Shown one piece after another: positions 46,470 through 58,590 of a stretch of 64,000 nucleotides of DNA. Position numbers and translations under genes: made by a program. Every line of letters begins with the position of its first letter. Positions within the stretch are counted from its first letter, which is position 1. This stretch comes from Felis catus. Taxonomy: Eukaryota. The notes under the pieces are model-generated. The model worked only from the letters and a program-made list of their open reading frames with translations, ran no database searches and was not told the origin of the DNA. The DNA is taken from assembly GCF_018350175.1 (NCBI RefSeq), contig NC_058373.1, positions 111,788,001 to 111,852,000 of the forward strand, in the 5' to 3' direction.

Positions 46470-47340
46470 TCATTCTCAGATTGGAGCAATCAGTTTTCAT
46501 GGTCTCTTTCATTTAAAGAGACAGCTATTTCCAACCCACTCTATGTTTCTGGAGACTTTTGACTGGTTTGCTTTAATTTCTCCTGTGACATAAGGAAAGA
46601 GTGACTCAGAGAATATATGCAATATTGTTCACATTGAATTTCGAAAAACGTGAAGAACGGGTGGTGGTGGACGGAGGTTGAATGTGAGGATACAAAAACA
46701 GAATATCGATGATTATGAACGGTCTCTTCAGGCCTCCTGCACAGATGCTAGGATGCTCTGGGGATTTGGTAGAAGGTGGGTTCTTCTCGAACCCTATCCA
46801 CGTTCTTGAGAAGATAAAAGGACAATGTTAAGGTGCACTGATGCGGCTCCTCTAAGGACATGGTGAAGTAGATGTTCATCACTTAGTGAGGGGCCCAGAT
46901 CAACTCCGGGAGGAGTCACCCATTGGTATGATTGGTGTGGGCTCTGGGCAGCTTGCCTTTTACAGGGCCACAATCATGTGGGCATTTATTTAAAAACTAG
47001 GTGAGCATGGGGCTCCCGGGTAGCTCAGTCAGTTTTGTCTGACTTCGGCTCAAGTCATGATCTCGAGGTTGGTGAGTGTGAGCACCATGTCGTGCTCTGT
47101 GCTGACAGCTCGAAGCCTGGAACCTGCTTTGGATTCTCTGTGTGTGTGTGTCTCTCTCTCTGCCCCTCCCCCACTCATGCTCTCTCTGTCTCCCTCAAAA
47201 ATAAATAAACATTAAAAAAATTTTAAAAAAAAACCCAAAACAAAAACTAGGTGAGTGTGTTGATGACTGAGGTAAACCCCAGACACCTTCCAAAGGATTA
47301 GAAAGAGATCCTGTGGCTGAGTGGGCCCAGTGCCCTGTGG
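46470..47340 (+). mobile_element. Highly degenerate CR1/L3 RT-region fragment (split by SINE)
   Basis: Patchy collinear similarity to recalled L3 sequence (tttacagggccacaatc...aaaaactag; gaaagagatcctgtggctgag). Confidence 0.4.
47009..47241 (+). mobile_element. CAN-SINE
   Basis: TSD aaaaactaggtgag(cat/tgt) at 46992-47008 and 47242-47258. Confidence 0.96.
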
Positions 47341-48149
47341 GGTCTTCAGGCTATTTTTTCCTACAGAACAATGACCAGATCTTCAGAAACCTCAGCCTCA
47401 AAAGAGGAGCGCTCATAGCTCATGATTTTGGATGCTTCTCAGCACTGATCCCAGGGGGCAGTTATTCATAATGTCAGGCATAGAGTGCTCTAGAGGGGTC
47501 TCAATGCCTTTGATCTAATGCAGTCTCTTAAAATACATAATGATGAGTGTAATCATGTGAGTTACCTGGGTTTGGGCTCACACAGGAAACAGTGATTTTA
47601 TGTTCCCTCTCATGTAAAAAGACAATCTTTTCACATCTAATTGTTCATGGGTTGGAATAGAATCATATTTAGTCTGTGTTGAGTCTTAAAAAATTAGTTG
47701 ATCACTTTCAGGGACGCGGAATAAGCCTAAATAGGCAAAACATTAAAAAAAAAAAAGTAACCACAGGTGTTTAAAAGACTTCCTTTACTGTGTGAAATAA
47801 TTAATTGATATAGTGGTTTTTTATACCTAAAAGTCACTGTCATATCTTTTATTTCATTTATTTTTACAGTGCCCCTGTGAAGTTGACAAGCCACATTCCT
47901 ATTTTGCAGAAAAACAAAACAAAGCCAACTGAGAAAGAAAGCTAAGTAGCCTGTCTAGAGAAATACAGAGGCAGGGTTGGAGTTTGGTCTCTTGACTGTT
48001 AGACCCTAAAAGGATCTGGAATGAATAAATTGGCTGTTTGTGTGTGACCAGGCACTGCTGAAGACTGACAGGTGATGTTGAAAAAAGTTAGACCTCTGAA
48101 TTATCGTAAATGTCCCTCTGCAGTTTTGTTTACAAGAGCAAGTTGCACT

Positions 48150-48760
48150 ATCCTCGAGGAAGAGAGCTGCGTGAGTAATAATCCACATCCCATGCAAATT
48201 ATCAGTAATCCTGAAATTAATGAAATCTAAACTAAGAAGATTTGATTGTTTACTTCTCAGCACATCCCCATTATCCACAATCTAAAGCCTGATACTACAT
48301 GATTATCCTATAAAGTGGGCGTTTATTTTGGTGTCCCAAAAGTGCTGCTCGGCTGCCTCAGGTGGGCATAAATAAGAAAATAAAGGGCCCCATCTAACTG
48401 TGGTTAACGTCTCCCCTGGAGGAATGGGGAGGTCCGAGAGGGTTTAGATGCAGGCAAGTCCATTTCCCAGTCTCCCCCAAGATGCTATCGATCCCTTTGC
48501 AGCGGCCCCCAATCATGGGAAGGGCTAAGCCGCATAAGCATATGAGACAATTCCACATCAGCACACCCCGCCGGCTGTCAGCAGAAAAAAACGCAAGCCC
48601 CGCTGAATAATTATGGCTTGAGCTATTGATTGGGACCACGGAAGAGTTTCCAAATGCTTTTAATTTGCCAAACAGAGGGAAGTGTGCTACAGAGAGGTTT
48701 GCTTCCAATAACATCATTTCTCCCTGTGCTAATTAAGGGGAGAGCTTAACAAGGTGGAGG
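48150..48760. promoter_or_regulatory. Candidate conserved developmental enhancer
   Basis: No recognisable repeat; TAATCC (48179, 48206) flanking ATGCAAAT (48192-48199); ATTGTT/TGTTTAC (48245-48253); many TAAT/ATTA cores; retained CpGs. Confidence 0.45.
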
Positions 48761-49164
48761 GGATTGTTTTAGAATAAAATCCTGCCAAGTAAAATCTATG
48801 GCCATTGAAAGGTGGCAAATGGGAGATGAAGGGCTTGTCGTAAGAAATGGCTTGAAACAATTGGCCTGGGGTGAGCTTGGGTCCTGTAGGAGACCCTAGT
48901 CTGATCAGGGACCTACCACTTCCACTGGCCAGAGGGTTTTATGCCATGCTTCTCTGAGAGATGGTGGTCTAAGGCTGAAGCAGCAGCTAGAGGCCAAGCA
49001 GGGCTGAGGTCTCACACTTGCCCCCTGCCCCCTGTGGCCTCAGTACATCTCTTTCTTTCAGTCCTTGGGTCTGCATTCCTGATGAGGAAAGACAATATTA
49101 TCTAATGGGAACTGATGAGTGGTTTAAAAAAACATGCATTATTATGAACTAAAGTCATAGTTGT

Positions 49165-49408
49165 TTTTTTTTTTTTTTTCAAATTTCCTTAGTTTTAACC
49201 TAATATCCTTTTTCTTTTCCAGGATCTGTCCAAGATACATGTTAACTTTAGTTGTCACATCTCCTAGGCTCCTCTTGGCTGTCAGAGTTTCTCAGACTCC
49301 CTTTGTTTTTGATGACTTTGATAGTTTTGAGGAGTAGTGAGTGGTCAGGTATCTTGCAGGATGCTCCTTTGTTGGAATTTGTCTGATGTTTTTCTCAAGA
49401 TTAGACAA
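49165..49408 (-). mobile_element. L1 (L1MC/MD-like) 3' UTR fragment
   Basis: ttccaggatc...tttagttgtcacatctcc..aggctcctcttggctgt..cagagtttctcagact...gatgactttgatagttttgaggagta. Confidence 0.8.
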
Positions 49409-49959
49409 AAAGCACAGGATAAAGTTGGCCTAATCAAGGTGAGGAGGCAAAATCAACTACGTATAACAAATGTATGCAAAATTCCCCCTTTTGCAAACAT
49501 CATGTAGACACGCATCCAAACATCATGTAGACACGCACTTCGTGTTTTCCAAAGGGTCTAGCACTGGTCCCCAATAATGATAATGTAATTATTTGGATGG
49601 ATGAACAGAGTGATGGCTGGAAAAACATTTTCTCAGCTGCCACATCCTTACAATTCTCATGTAGCTTATGTTAGTATCATGATAAGTCTTTCAAAGGTCA
49701 TTCAGCCACTTTTTAATCACAACACATAAAATTCATGCTGACATTATGTGTCTTCATTCTTGTTTTAAGTGCCTTTCCTGTGACCCTACAGGCTTACATT
49801 GGCCACAGTTATTTTAAGACCCCAGTACTTGTGAGATCTTAAGATCTGCACAAATTCCCTCCCTGAGGTTACAACATACTAAGCCCCCAAGACAACCCCA
49901 CCTCTTTGTACCCACCAAGAATAGTTCTTGATCTTTACCAAGAATAGTTCTTCATCTTC

Positions 49960-50092
49960 AAAACTGTCAAATATTTTGCAAGATGAAGTGCCCATCATAA
50001 AAAGAATAAAAAATTACATGAGTTGGAGTTGTTTAGCCTAGAGAAAAAAGGACTATGGATGACTTTATCACAATCTTCTAGGATTGCAGAAG
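49960..50092 (+). mobile_element. CR1/L3 3' fragment
   Basis: gagttggagttgtttagcctagagaaaaaaggacta..gatgactttatcacaatcttc. Confidence 0.55.
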
Positions 50093-50094
50093 AG

Positions 50095-50300
50095 TGAAGA
50101 GTCACACAGACTTGGGTTCTAGTCCTGGCCCTGTCACAAACAAGTTGTGCTACCACGGGCAAGTTACTTGACCTTTCTGTGCTTCAGTTTCCTATGTATA
50201 AAATAGGCAGAGCCTTGGTAGGTTTATAGGGAGGTAATGTATGTAATGTGCTTAGCACAGTTCTTGGCACAGACTGGTTATTCAATAAAATTTAGTTTCT
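50095..50300 (+). mobile_element. MIR
   Basis: gacttgggttctagtcctggccctgtcac...gggcaagttacttgacctttctgtgcttcagtttcc. Confidence 0.9.
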
Positions 50301-51039
50301 ACCTCATTTATGATATGGCTTTACACATAAAAATAAAACCAATTCATATTTTTATGAGTCTTTGTAGCTTAGCACTTTCTCACACTTCAAGGTGATAAAA
50401 CCATTGTTGTCCTAGCCCTTCAGATGCCAAATAAAAGACAATGGGTTTTAATTCAAATAATAGTGATTTTGGTTAGAGAAAGTGCATTTTTGGCCATTGA
50501 GGGAATAAAAATCAGAATGAGTTATCTGGGGGCCCTGTGAACCTTGTCGGGAGCTCCAAAGCAGAGTGGGCAGTGTAGGGCAGAGTCTTGACCTCACCAC
50601 GACCCTATAGCCGTCAAAGTCTTGGCTGGCGGGAGTAACATGGGCAGTTCTGGGAAGCGTGGGAGACGTAGGAATCACTGTTTATCCTCAGAACACTCTA
50701 AACCCACCTCCTGCCTTGGGAATGGTTCCAAGTTCTGCCTCCAGAGCTCAGTTTCCTGAAGCTAAACTTCATGGGTGAAAGTAAATCTTAGGGTATAACC
50801 CAATGTGCAAGAAATATCTTGTTTTTTAAAAATCATTTTAAGCCCACTTCTGATCTTCTCAGCTGGGCTTGTGAGAAACCCAATTTCAGTCATTTAGAGG
50901 CTGCTGTCCAGGGTCATGCCAAGGATTTGGGGTCTCAACCTGGTGCAAAAGCCTGGGAAGACTTTCTGGTCCTGCTGGGACCTCCGGGCTATACTGGGGA
51001 CCCCTGTGCTTATCACAGTCACAGTACTGACCTTGTACA

Positions 51040-51165
51040 TCGCTGTTGCCCTATTGCCCTTGAGGGCAGGACCTGTGTCTTTTATCACGGTATCCCCAGA
51101 ACGGATGCATTTTCCAGTATGTAGCAGAGGCATGCTGAATGTGTGTTAATGAATAAATAAATGTT
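51040..51165 (+). mobile_element. L2 3' end
   Basis: ccttgagggcaggacctgtgtcttttatcacggtatcccca...gtgttaatgaataaataaatg. Confidence 0.85.
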
Positions 51166-51589
51166 TCCTTTATATCATGAAGCCCATTAGATAATATTTT
51201 TTATCCTCCATGACTGAGAGCCTGATGACGAAAAGGATGGTGATTTTGCCTCTATTTCCTCAATGCTTGAAGGCCCTAATAAATGTTCCTTGAGTAAATG
51301 ATCGAATGGTGTTTCTTCATTATGCACAGTGTTGTGTGGGTTCGTCTGTCTTTGCAACTGTGTGGCATCTGTGGGCAGGGCTCGGAATTGGTCGTTGTCA
51401 CAGAGACTGTCAATTTTTCCCACATCGGTTTTCTCCTTCACAGAGCCTCTGAGTTTTAGCTGGGCACGTGGCTGCCTGAATAAGAACAATGTTTTCCTGC
51501 TTTCTTGAGGGGCGACTAGGATCTGGCTGGAGAGATACCAGTGCCGTGACCGGTGCAGCTCTCTCTTCCTCCCATTCCTTCCTCCCACT

Positions 51590-51785
51590 GGCTGGCGTGC
51601 AAGATGGACTGGGAAGACGTCTTTGCCATGAGGGTGAGGAGAACACCCTGGGAAGAGTGGAGCCCCAGAAGGGAGGAGGCTGGGACCCTGACACACTGGG
51701 GCCTCCACACTGGCCCCAGACTGTTGGGGGTGAGAGAACTAACTTCTGTTTTGTTTAAGCCACTGTACGTGGTGTCTTTGTGAGA
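51590..51785 (+). mobile_element. Old MLT1 (H/I/J-like) LTR 3' fragment
   Basis: tctttgccatgagg...gaggctgggaccctga...gtgagagaactaacttctgttttgtttaagccactgt. Confidence 0.6.
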
Positions 51786-52769
51786 AAAGTAGAAACCTTA
51801 TGCCAACGAATACCCTCACCTTGGTACCCTCGCTGGCTGCAGCCCAGTGCCAGGCAGGAGTAGGCCACCCTCCCAGTACGGTCCCTTCCTGTGCTGTCCA
51901 TCTCCGGGTTTTCATCCCAACCCATGCAGCTCCCAGGGGAGGTCATCCAGAGGCCAGGAAGCAGTCCTCCTTCACAGCCTGGCCTGAGTCAGCAGCTGTT
52001 TTCAGTTTAATGAGATGACACTAATGATTGTGCCTCCCTGGGATGAGTGGGCCTGTCCTCCCTGGAGAAGTATGGAAGGTCCTGGTACTTCCATCATCGC
52101 TGAGCTTGGAGGTCAAGGGGAAGGGAGGTCTCAGAAAAGGGCATGGAGGTGATGGACCTATGGAACATGCATTTTCTGCTCCAGAACCAAGTCTAAACTT
52201 CAGTAAAAGGTGAGAAAACACCACTGGGCTGGCTTTACTCTGACAGGTGCCACTGAAAATGCCCCTCCTACATCTGCTGGGGTTGCCAGGACGAGCCTTA
52301 CAGGGCACCTGGAAAGTGCTGCATGCTTTGCCTCTAGTATTTTTGCCAGCTCCCTCAGGTAGGCAATGGTCCATGGGCCCAGGGCAGCCCAGTTTGGTCA
52401 CGCAGCATGAACTGTGGCTCATTCTATGGCATTTCCTGCTCTGGGTTCCTTTGGGAAGCTGTGGACCCTACCCCTTGGACCCTTGTCCCACAGGCTCCTG
52501 TCCTATAGATTCTCTGCTCCTCAGCCTCTTCCCAATGTGAGCATCTGTTCCTCAAACCCCTGCTCCATGGACCCCTGCCCATTCCTTAGCCACATTGCAT
52601 TAACTCAATCCATGACTCTCCCTGGGGCTCTGGCTCTCTTTTCTGAACTCAGGTGTCCAGGACAGAGAAAGCACCATTTCTATTTTGTATTTTGGGGGAT
52701 ATGGGTGCTAAGCATCCATTTCTCATTTATGAAGTTCAGTAGGGCCTTGGGAGCTGAATTTCTTACTTT

Positions 52770-53015
52770 ATCTAACACTTGTTGAGTGCTTACTATGGGT
52801 CAGGTGCTTTGCTAAGCACTTACATGTAAATTAGCTCAATGAACACTCTCCGGAATCTTATGATGCTGGTGCTATTATGATCTCCATTTTACAGATGAAG
52901 AAGCCAAGTCTCCGGGAGGCTCAGTAGCTCACTGTGGTAATCTGGCTCACAACAGAGAAATCTCAGAGTCAGGATTTACACCCAGGGAAGCTTGTCCAGA
53001 TGCCTGCTCTTCCAG
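52770..53015 (-). mobile_element. MIR
   Basis: ttgagtgcttactatgggtcagg...tctccattttacagatgaagaagccaag. Confidence 0.88.
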
Positions 53016-54254
53016 CTACTTCAGGTGTGTTCCTTGCTTTCTAAAGTATATGGTCTGGGACAGTGATGCAAATTACCTTTAATGAGGGGAGAAAAGGACA
53101 GGACCAGATGAGCAGTATCGAGGGAGGGACACCTTGGACAAGAGGAAAGCCAGATAGAGAGCATGTGGTCGGAGGTCAGGTTCTAAGATGACCAAGGACA
53201 GGTGAAGCTAATGGAGCAGTATGTGGGTGGAGCTGAGTGGTGCAGGGTGTAGGCTGAGAATAAGGCAGAAGACCAGGAGCTGCCTGCTATCAAGTGTTAG
53301 CCACAGGGATAAGGGAGAGACCACCTGGCTTGCAGATGCCGGTAGGGGCCTGGGATGGAGAGGGTCAGCATTAGCACCTCTCTCTTATAATGAAATAAGT
53401 TGCTTCCTACAGCTCCTCTCCTTGCAAACCTGTCCTGTAGGTTCCAGGAAGAAGCAGAAGGTCCTGGAGTGTGTGTGCACACACACACACACATACACTC
53501 ACGAGTATCTCTTCCAACAAGGAGGAAAGAGGCCTAAGGGATGGGCTATGACTTCTCTGACATAAAGCTTTCCCTCTCTAGCCCTGTCTTTGCAGCTCTC
53601 TCCCAGCTGCAGGGCTGAACAGTGAGGGGTGGTCCCTGCCAGACCAGCCATCCTCTGCCACAAACCGACTCCATTTATTTTCAGATTTTATGTGCTTTAA
53701 AATAGACTTGCTGGTAGGTACCCAAATCCAGCAGACCTGAAAAATGCTTACCAGGCAGAAAAAAACTGAAGGACACCGGCTTCCCTTACCGGACTCAGTG
53801 CTGCCCCTGCCCTCCCCCAAAACACATCTTTAAGGTGCAGAGACCCCCCAAAATTTTCCCAATCATTTCCCCAATCACTCCAATTCCTGTGAGCACTCCA
53901 TAAAAAGCTGATAGGAAAGAAGAATCCTAATGGCCTGGTGAGAAAGAAAATTCCATTTTCATCATCCGGATGGTGAAATGGACCAGGTGCTCATGGGTTG
54001 GATTCACCATGAGTTTGGATTCACACTGCAGTTTGGAGACAGGGCGAGATGAGAATCCGGAGAGAGAGGCAGGGTGGCAGCCTAGCATCCATTTTCGTGG
54101 CCGCTGTGCTCTGTTCCTTTTCCCCACTGGCCCCTCAGAAGCTTCTTGCCCAGGAGACGCTGCCTCAGGGTGTTCACACCAGGGGAGGTCTCACCGCACC
54201 TGATGTCACAGCCTGGACTTTACCTGTGCATGTAACCAACAAGCAGTAGAGAGG

Positions 54255-55460
54255 CTTCGGACACTGCTGTGCCTTGGGAATACTAAAGTATATACAAATA
54301 AATAAAACATGGTCTCCTTCAAGGAGAGTCAAGAGAACACAAGGTGCTATAGGTACACATAGTAGGGGAACCTAATTAATACATTTGGAGGTTAAGGAAG
54401 GCTCCCTCCCTGGAGAAGGTGACCTTGAGGTTGGGACTGGGAGGAAGACTAGGGGCTCATAGTCAGGTGGCAGCATGATGAGCCAGGAAAGGATGCTCCA
54501 CGCAGAGGGAACGGCATGTGGAACATTACCAGAGGTAAGAAACAGCCACCTGTGTCTCTGAGACCACAGGTGCTTCAGCGTGACCAGAGTGGAAGATGCC
54601 AGGGAGTGGTGGGCACAACCAGTGGAAGGCACAGCGGGTCCAGACGCTGGTCAGCCTGTAAGAAGGGCTTAAAGAGTTTGGACTTCACGGGGGGCAAACT
54701 TTGTTTGGTTCACTGCTGTATCCCCTGCAGCTAGATGGGTGAATAGCACAGAGTAGATGCTCATCCATATTTGTGGTTGAATAAGTGGTCAAAACAGAAA
54801 GATTTTAAGCAGGGACAAGATCTGATGAGTTTTGCATTTTAGAGTCAACACCTGGGCTGCCGTGCAGAGAAGAGATTTCAGGGCAATGATGCTGAGGTGG
54901 GCAGCAGAGAAATGACAGAGGCCATAACCACTGATGTCAGTGGCGGTGGAGACAATGGGCCGGTAAAATCCACAGGACTTGATGATCGGTCTACAGGTGG
55001 TGGTGGGAAGGAGGAGCCCAGATGAAGGACAACAGGAGTTAACATCCTCTGAGGGCCCCCGGCAAGGTGCAGACGACAGCCGCGAGGCAGGGCAGTCCCC
55101 AAGGGACATCGGCCTCTGCTCAGCTGGGAGTCTGGGCTCGGTTGTGATGTTTGGTTCTCTCAGCTGTGAAACAAAGATACTACTCTTCACCTTGCAGGGA
55201 GAGAGATCAGAGATTCTGCAAAGCACGTAGCACAGTGCCTGACACGCAGTGGGTGTTCAGGGTAAAGCCTCCGGATCACTTGAGCTGGACTCCGAAAGAC
55301 AGGAGCCCTTCCAGACAGTGGGATACCGGGTCAGGGGAGGACATCCAGGTGGTGGGACTAGAGAGCACAGAACGTCCGTAGGAAAGCATGAGGAGTGGGG
55401 AGTCATTCAGCCCGACTGAAATGCGGGCAAATGTGCGCGAGAGGGAGGTGGCGAGGGCAA
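54255..55460 (-). mobile_element. L2 remnant with nested + strand L2 end (~54695-54785) and MIR (~55150-55260)
   Basis: aaaacatggtctccttcaaggag; gattttaagcaggg..atctga..ttgcattttagag...tgggctgccgtgcagaga. Confidence 0.65.
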
Positions 55461-57749
55461 GTAGAGAATAAGGAGGATCTTCATTGCCCTCTGCTTCTTC
55501 CTCCCCATGCGGCTGTGCTTCCTCGGTGCAGCCTCTGACGTCTCGTCCATCTTCCCACCTCCCGCCTTTTGCCTTGCAATCCAGTCTCCACACCGCAGTG
55601 GGGGTTTGCACACAGTCTGGACTTAACAGTCCCTGAAGGTTTGGGGCAGGGGAATGACTAGATAGTCACCGTGGGTAAGTTGTGAGCCCCAGACAGCAAC
55701 GTATGGGGTGAGGGTCACACTGCAGCTTAAGCTCCGCTGCTCCGCTTAGGCAGCTCTCCGCCACCCACAAGTACAGCCCAAACTGACTTGCATGTTCTGT
55801 AAAGCTCACGTCCCCGGCTGCCCGCCCCTGTCTGCCCTCCGTCTGCCTCACACCACCTCTGAGCCCCGCAGGGTGTGGACACCAAGTCTCTCCTCCTTCC
55901 CACCAGGGTACCCCAAATGACAGATGTGAAGGACCTGGACCCCAAGAGAGTAGTTTTGACCAGTCTGTTTGCCTGCCCTACCAGTTCTGCGATGACAAAG
56001 GCAAAAGAGGGTGTTAATCATGTTTGCACCTTCAAGGCTATTGCAGTGACTGGCACATAGTAGGCACTCTATTCAGCAGAGAGGGAGAAACCCCGAAGGT
56101 TTGTGAATGGGGTGTGAAGTTGGACGTGGACAGAGATGGGACTCTTAGGATCCTGCTGCCCTTCTACAGAATCACAGGGTGGCTCCAGCGAGGTGCCCTA
56201 TGCGGCTTTCACTTGCGGCAGGCCAAGCGTGTCCACACCGGGCAACTGGGTCTTCCCTATAATCCTAGATAAACATGCCTTTGCTGCTAGATGTATACCC
56301 AAAGCCAGAAGCTCAGAGCAAGGAGGCATCTTTAAAGGGCATAAAAAGCAATATACGACTGAGATGCTGCTGTCTGTGTTCTAGGGTTGAACTGGGGCTC
56401 TCTGGCAATTTCACAGCCTCCAGACCACCTCTGCTTGGAGGGAGTAGGGAAGTTAGTCTACTCCCAAATCTGGGCTCTCAAGGCCTCCGGAGAGGCCCCT
56501 CCTGGCCTCCCACACCGTGGAGCCCTCTACAGGCAGTTGCAAATAAAGGTCATCTGATTCGGCCACGTCTTGAAGGTCTGGGTTTTGACCTTGCTGGGAT
56601 TTATTGACTCAGGTTATCCAAACACGGATTTCTAAAGACTATAAGGTTTTTCTGAGTGTGTTCCCACCCCCTGCTCCTGCCTCTGACTATTTATAAAGCT
56701 CCAGCCCCAGTTTCTGAAGGCTCCCGACCTAGGGGTGGGCGTGGCGGTCGTTTCTGTACCTTCTATTTACCTGTCTCTGCAGCTGCAGGAGACAATGAGC
56801 AAACTCTCTTCCCAGAAGCAGGCTATGGAGATTCAGAAGCACAGAAGAGCTGTTTTAGCCAGAGCCGTTAAACTATAGGAAGCTTTGCACAGAAAAGAAG
56901 AAATAAATCAATGCTCGCTTAAGGAAAATGAAGACCAAACTTTTCTGGAAAAACAAAATGTGATTTTCAAATTATCAGAGCTGGCTTTAGTAATCACAGA
57001 GGGAATTAAGCTCCTGGAAGCTCTTCACCGGGTGCCTGCTGGTATCCTTGCCGGCTTAAATCCCAGGTCACATTAATTACTGATACCCGCATTCTTTCCC
57101 TTTCCGTCTGACCCCAGCCACTTGCCTGCATCCCAATCTCCCTCCTTTTCTGTCAGCTGCATCTGCTACTATATTACCATTCATATATGGGTAAGGTGGG
57201 GAAAATCGGAGGAAACAATGAAGGCTCATTCCAAGACATATGCCAATTCTTGCTTGAACCATTAAAATAGGCTTCTAACCCACCTCCCTGGCTCTAATTT
57301 TGTCCCTCTTCATCCTCCACACAGCTGCTGCTCCAGATATCTGTCTAAAATGTAAATTTGACGCTGGCTGATGCTGGCAGCTCCAAGTGTCCTCATTGTC
57401 CCATGCAAGGTCTCCAGGATTTAGCCCCGCCTCTTGCTCCTGTGATTAAATCGGCCACCAAAAATACGGTATGACTAGGTCTTCCTCCATAAACCCAGGT
57501 TCCTAACACCATGCCAGTCGCACTGCTTCCCTCTGATCCGGTCTTCCAAAAGAGCTGAGATCTAAGTCGGAAAGTAAATAAAGGAGAGGAGAAAAGAGAA
57601 AATCTGCTAAGAAAGGATGTGCAATGAGAGGTAAGGGAGGGACAGAAAATTTTTCTTTCCCGTCTCGACTTCCCAAGCTGCACCATGTTGGATGGTGGCA
57701 GCAGAGGCAGCAGAATTAGGAATGCTGGCGAAATGTGCTGCTTCTTTTT

Positions 57750-58590
57750 TTGGCTTAAAAATGTTTTTGCGGAAGTAGAAAATGCATTGAGAAACATGCA
57801 TAAATCACAAGGATACAGCTGAAAAGAATGTTCACAAACTGAACACACTTATGTAGGCAGCACCCAGATGAAGAGACAGAACATGACCAGCACCGAGGAG
57901 CCCTCCTCACGGTCACCACCCTTGCAAGGGGTGCCATCTTGGCTCCTGTCACCCAACGGCAGTTTTGCCCGTTTTTGAATTTTAAATTAATGGAAACCTA
58001 CAGTCTGTACTCTTTGTGTTCAGCTTCTTTTGCTAAACATTATGCTGATACTATTCAACCACGTCCTCGTACTTTGTTCATTCTCGGGCTGCGTACTCTT
58101 CAAGTGTGAGAATATATTTCTTTATCTGGTCTACTGTTGGTGGGCATTTGGGTCATTTCCAGTTTGGGGCTATTTTTAAAATGCTGTTAAAAGCATTCTA
58201 GCTTGTGTCTTTTGGTGAGCACAGGTATTTATTTATGGCAGGCAGATACCTCCAAGTGACACGGATAGGCCATGGGAATGGGATCTGTCCAGATTTGGCA
58301 GGTGCCATCAGATCATTTCCCAATGTGTAGGGTTTGAACCAGTTAACAGAGTGGGAGACTTCTGGTAGCTCTACATCCCCTGGTGTGGTCAGTCTTTCAT
58401 GTTGGCCATTCTAATGGGTGCATGGTGGCATCTCAGGCTAGCATTTCCCTGCAGCTACTAATAGTGAACACCTATTCATACACTTTTTGGTCATTTAGAT
58501 ATTCTGTTTTGTGAAGTGACTATTCAGGCATTCTGCTTGTTTTTCCATGAGTTGTCTCTCTGTTTCTTATGGATTTATAAGAGCTGTGTC
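57750..58590 (-). mobile_element. Old L1 (L1ME/MC-like) fragment
   Basis: ggtgggcatttgggtcatttccagtttggggcta; ggccattctaatgggtgcatggtggcatctc; ttttgtgaagtgactattcag. Confidence 0.8.

Noticed and set aside
47446..47464. CTCF-like tgatcccagggggcagtt (and a weaker one near 29245-29262)
   Set aside because: Mismatches at the invariant 5' CC or the 3' GC positions of the core.
49494..49958. 20-23 bp direct repeats as a CRISPR-like array
   Set aside because: Only two adjacent copies of each, no spacers, mammalian context and no cas genes.
51187..51708. Longest ORF in the track (173 aa, -)
   Set aside because: No recognisable domain, non-ATG start, partial overlap with an MLT1 fragment; expected by chance in GC-richer DNA.
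55000..56250. Locally CpG-richer segment as a CpG-island promoter (also 4140-4370)
   Set aside because: CpGs are scattered, partly within L2/MIR remnants, and by eye well below island density; no promoter architecture.
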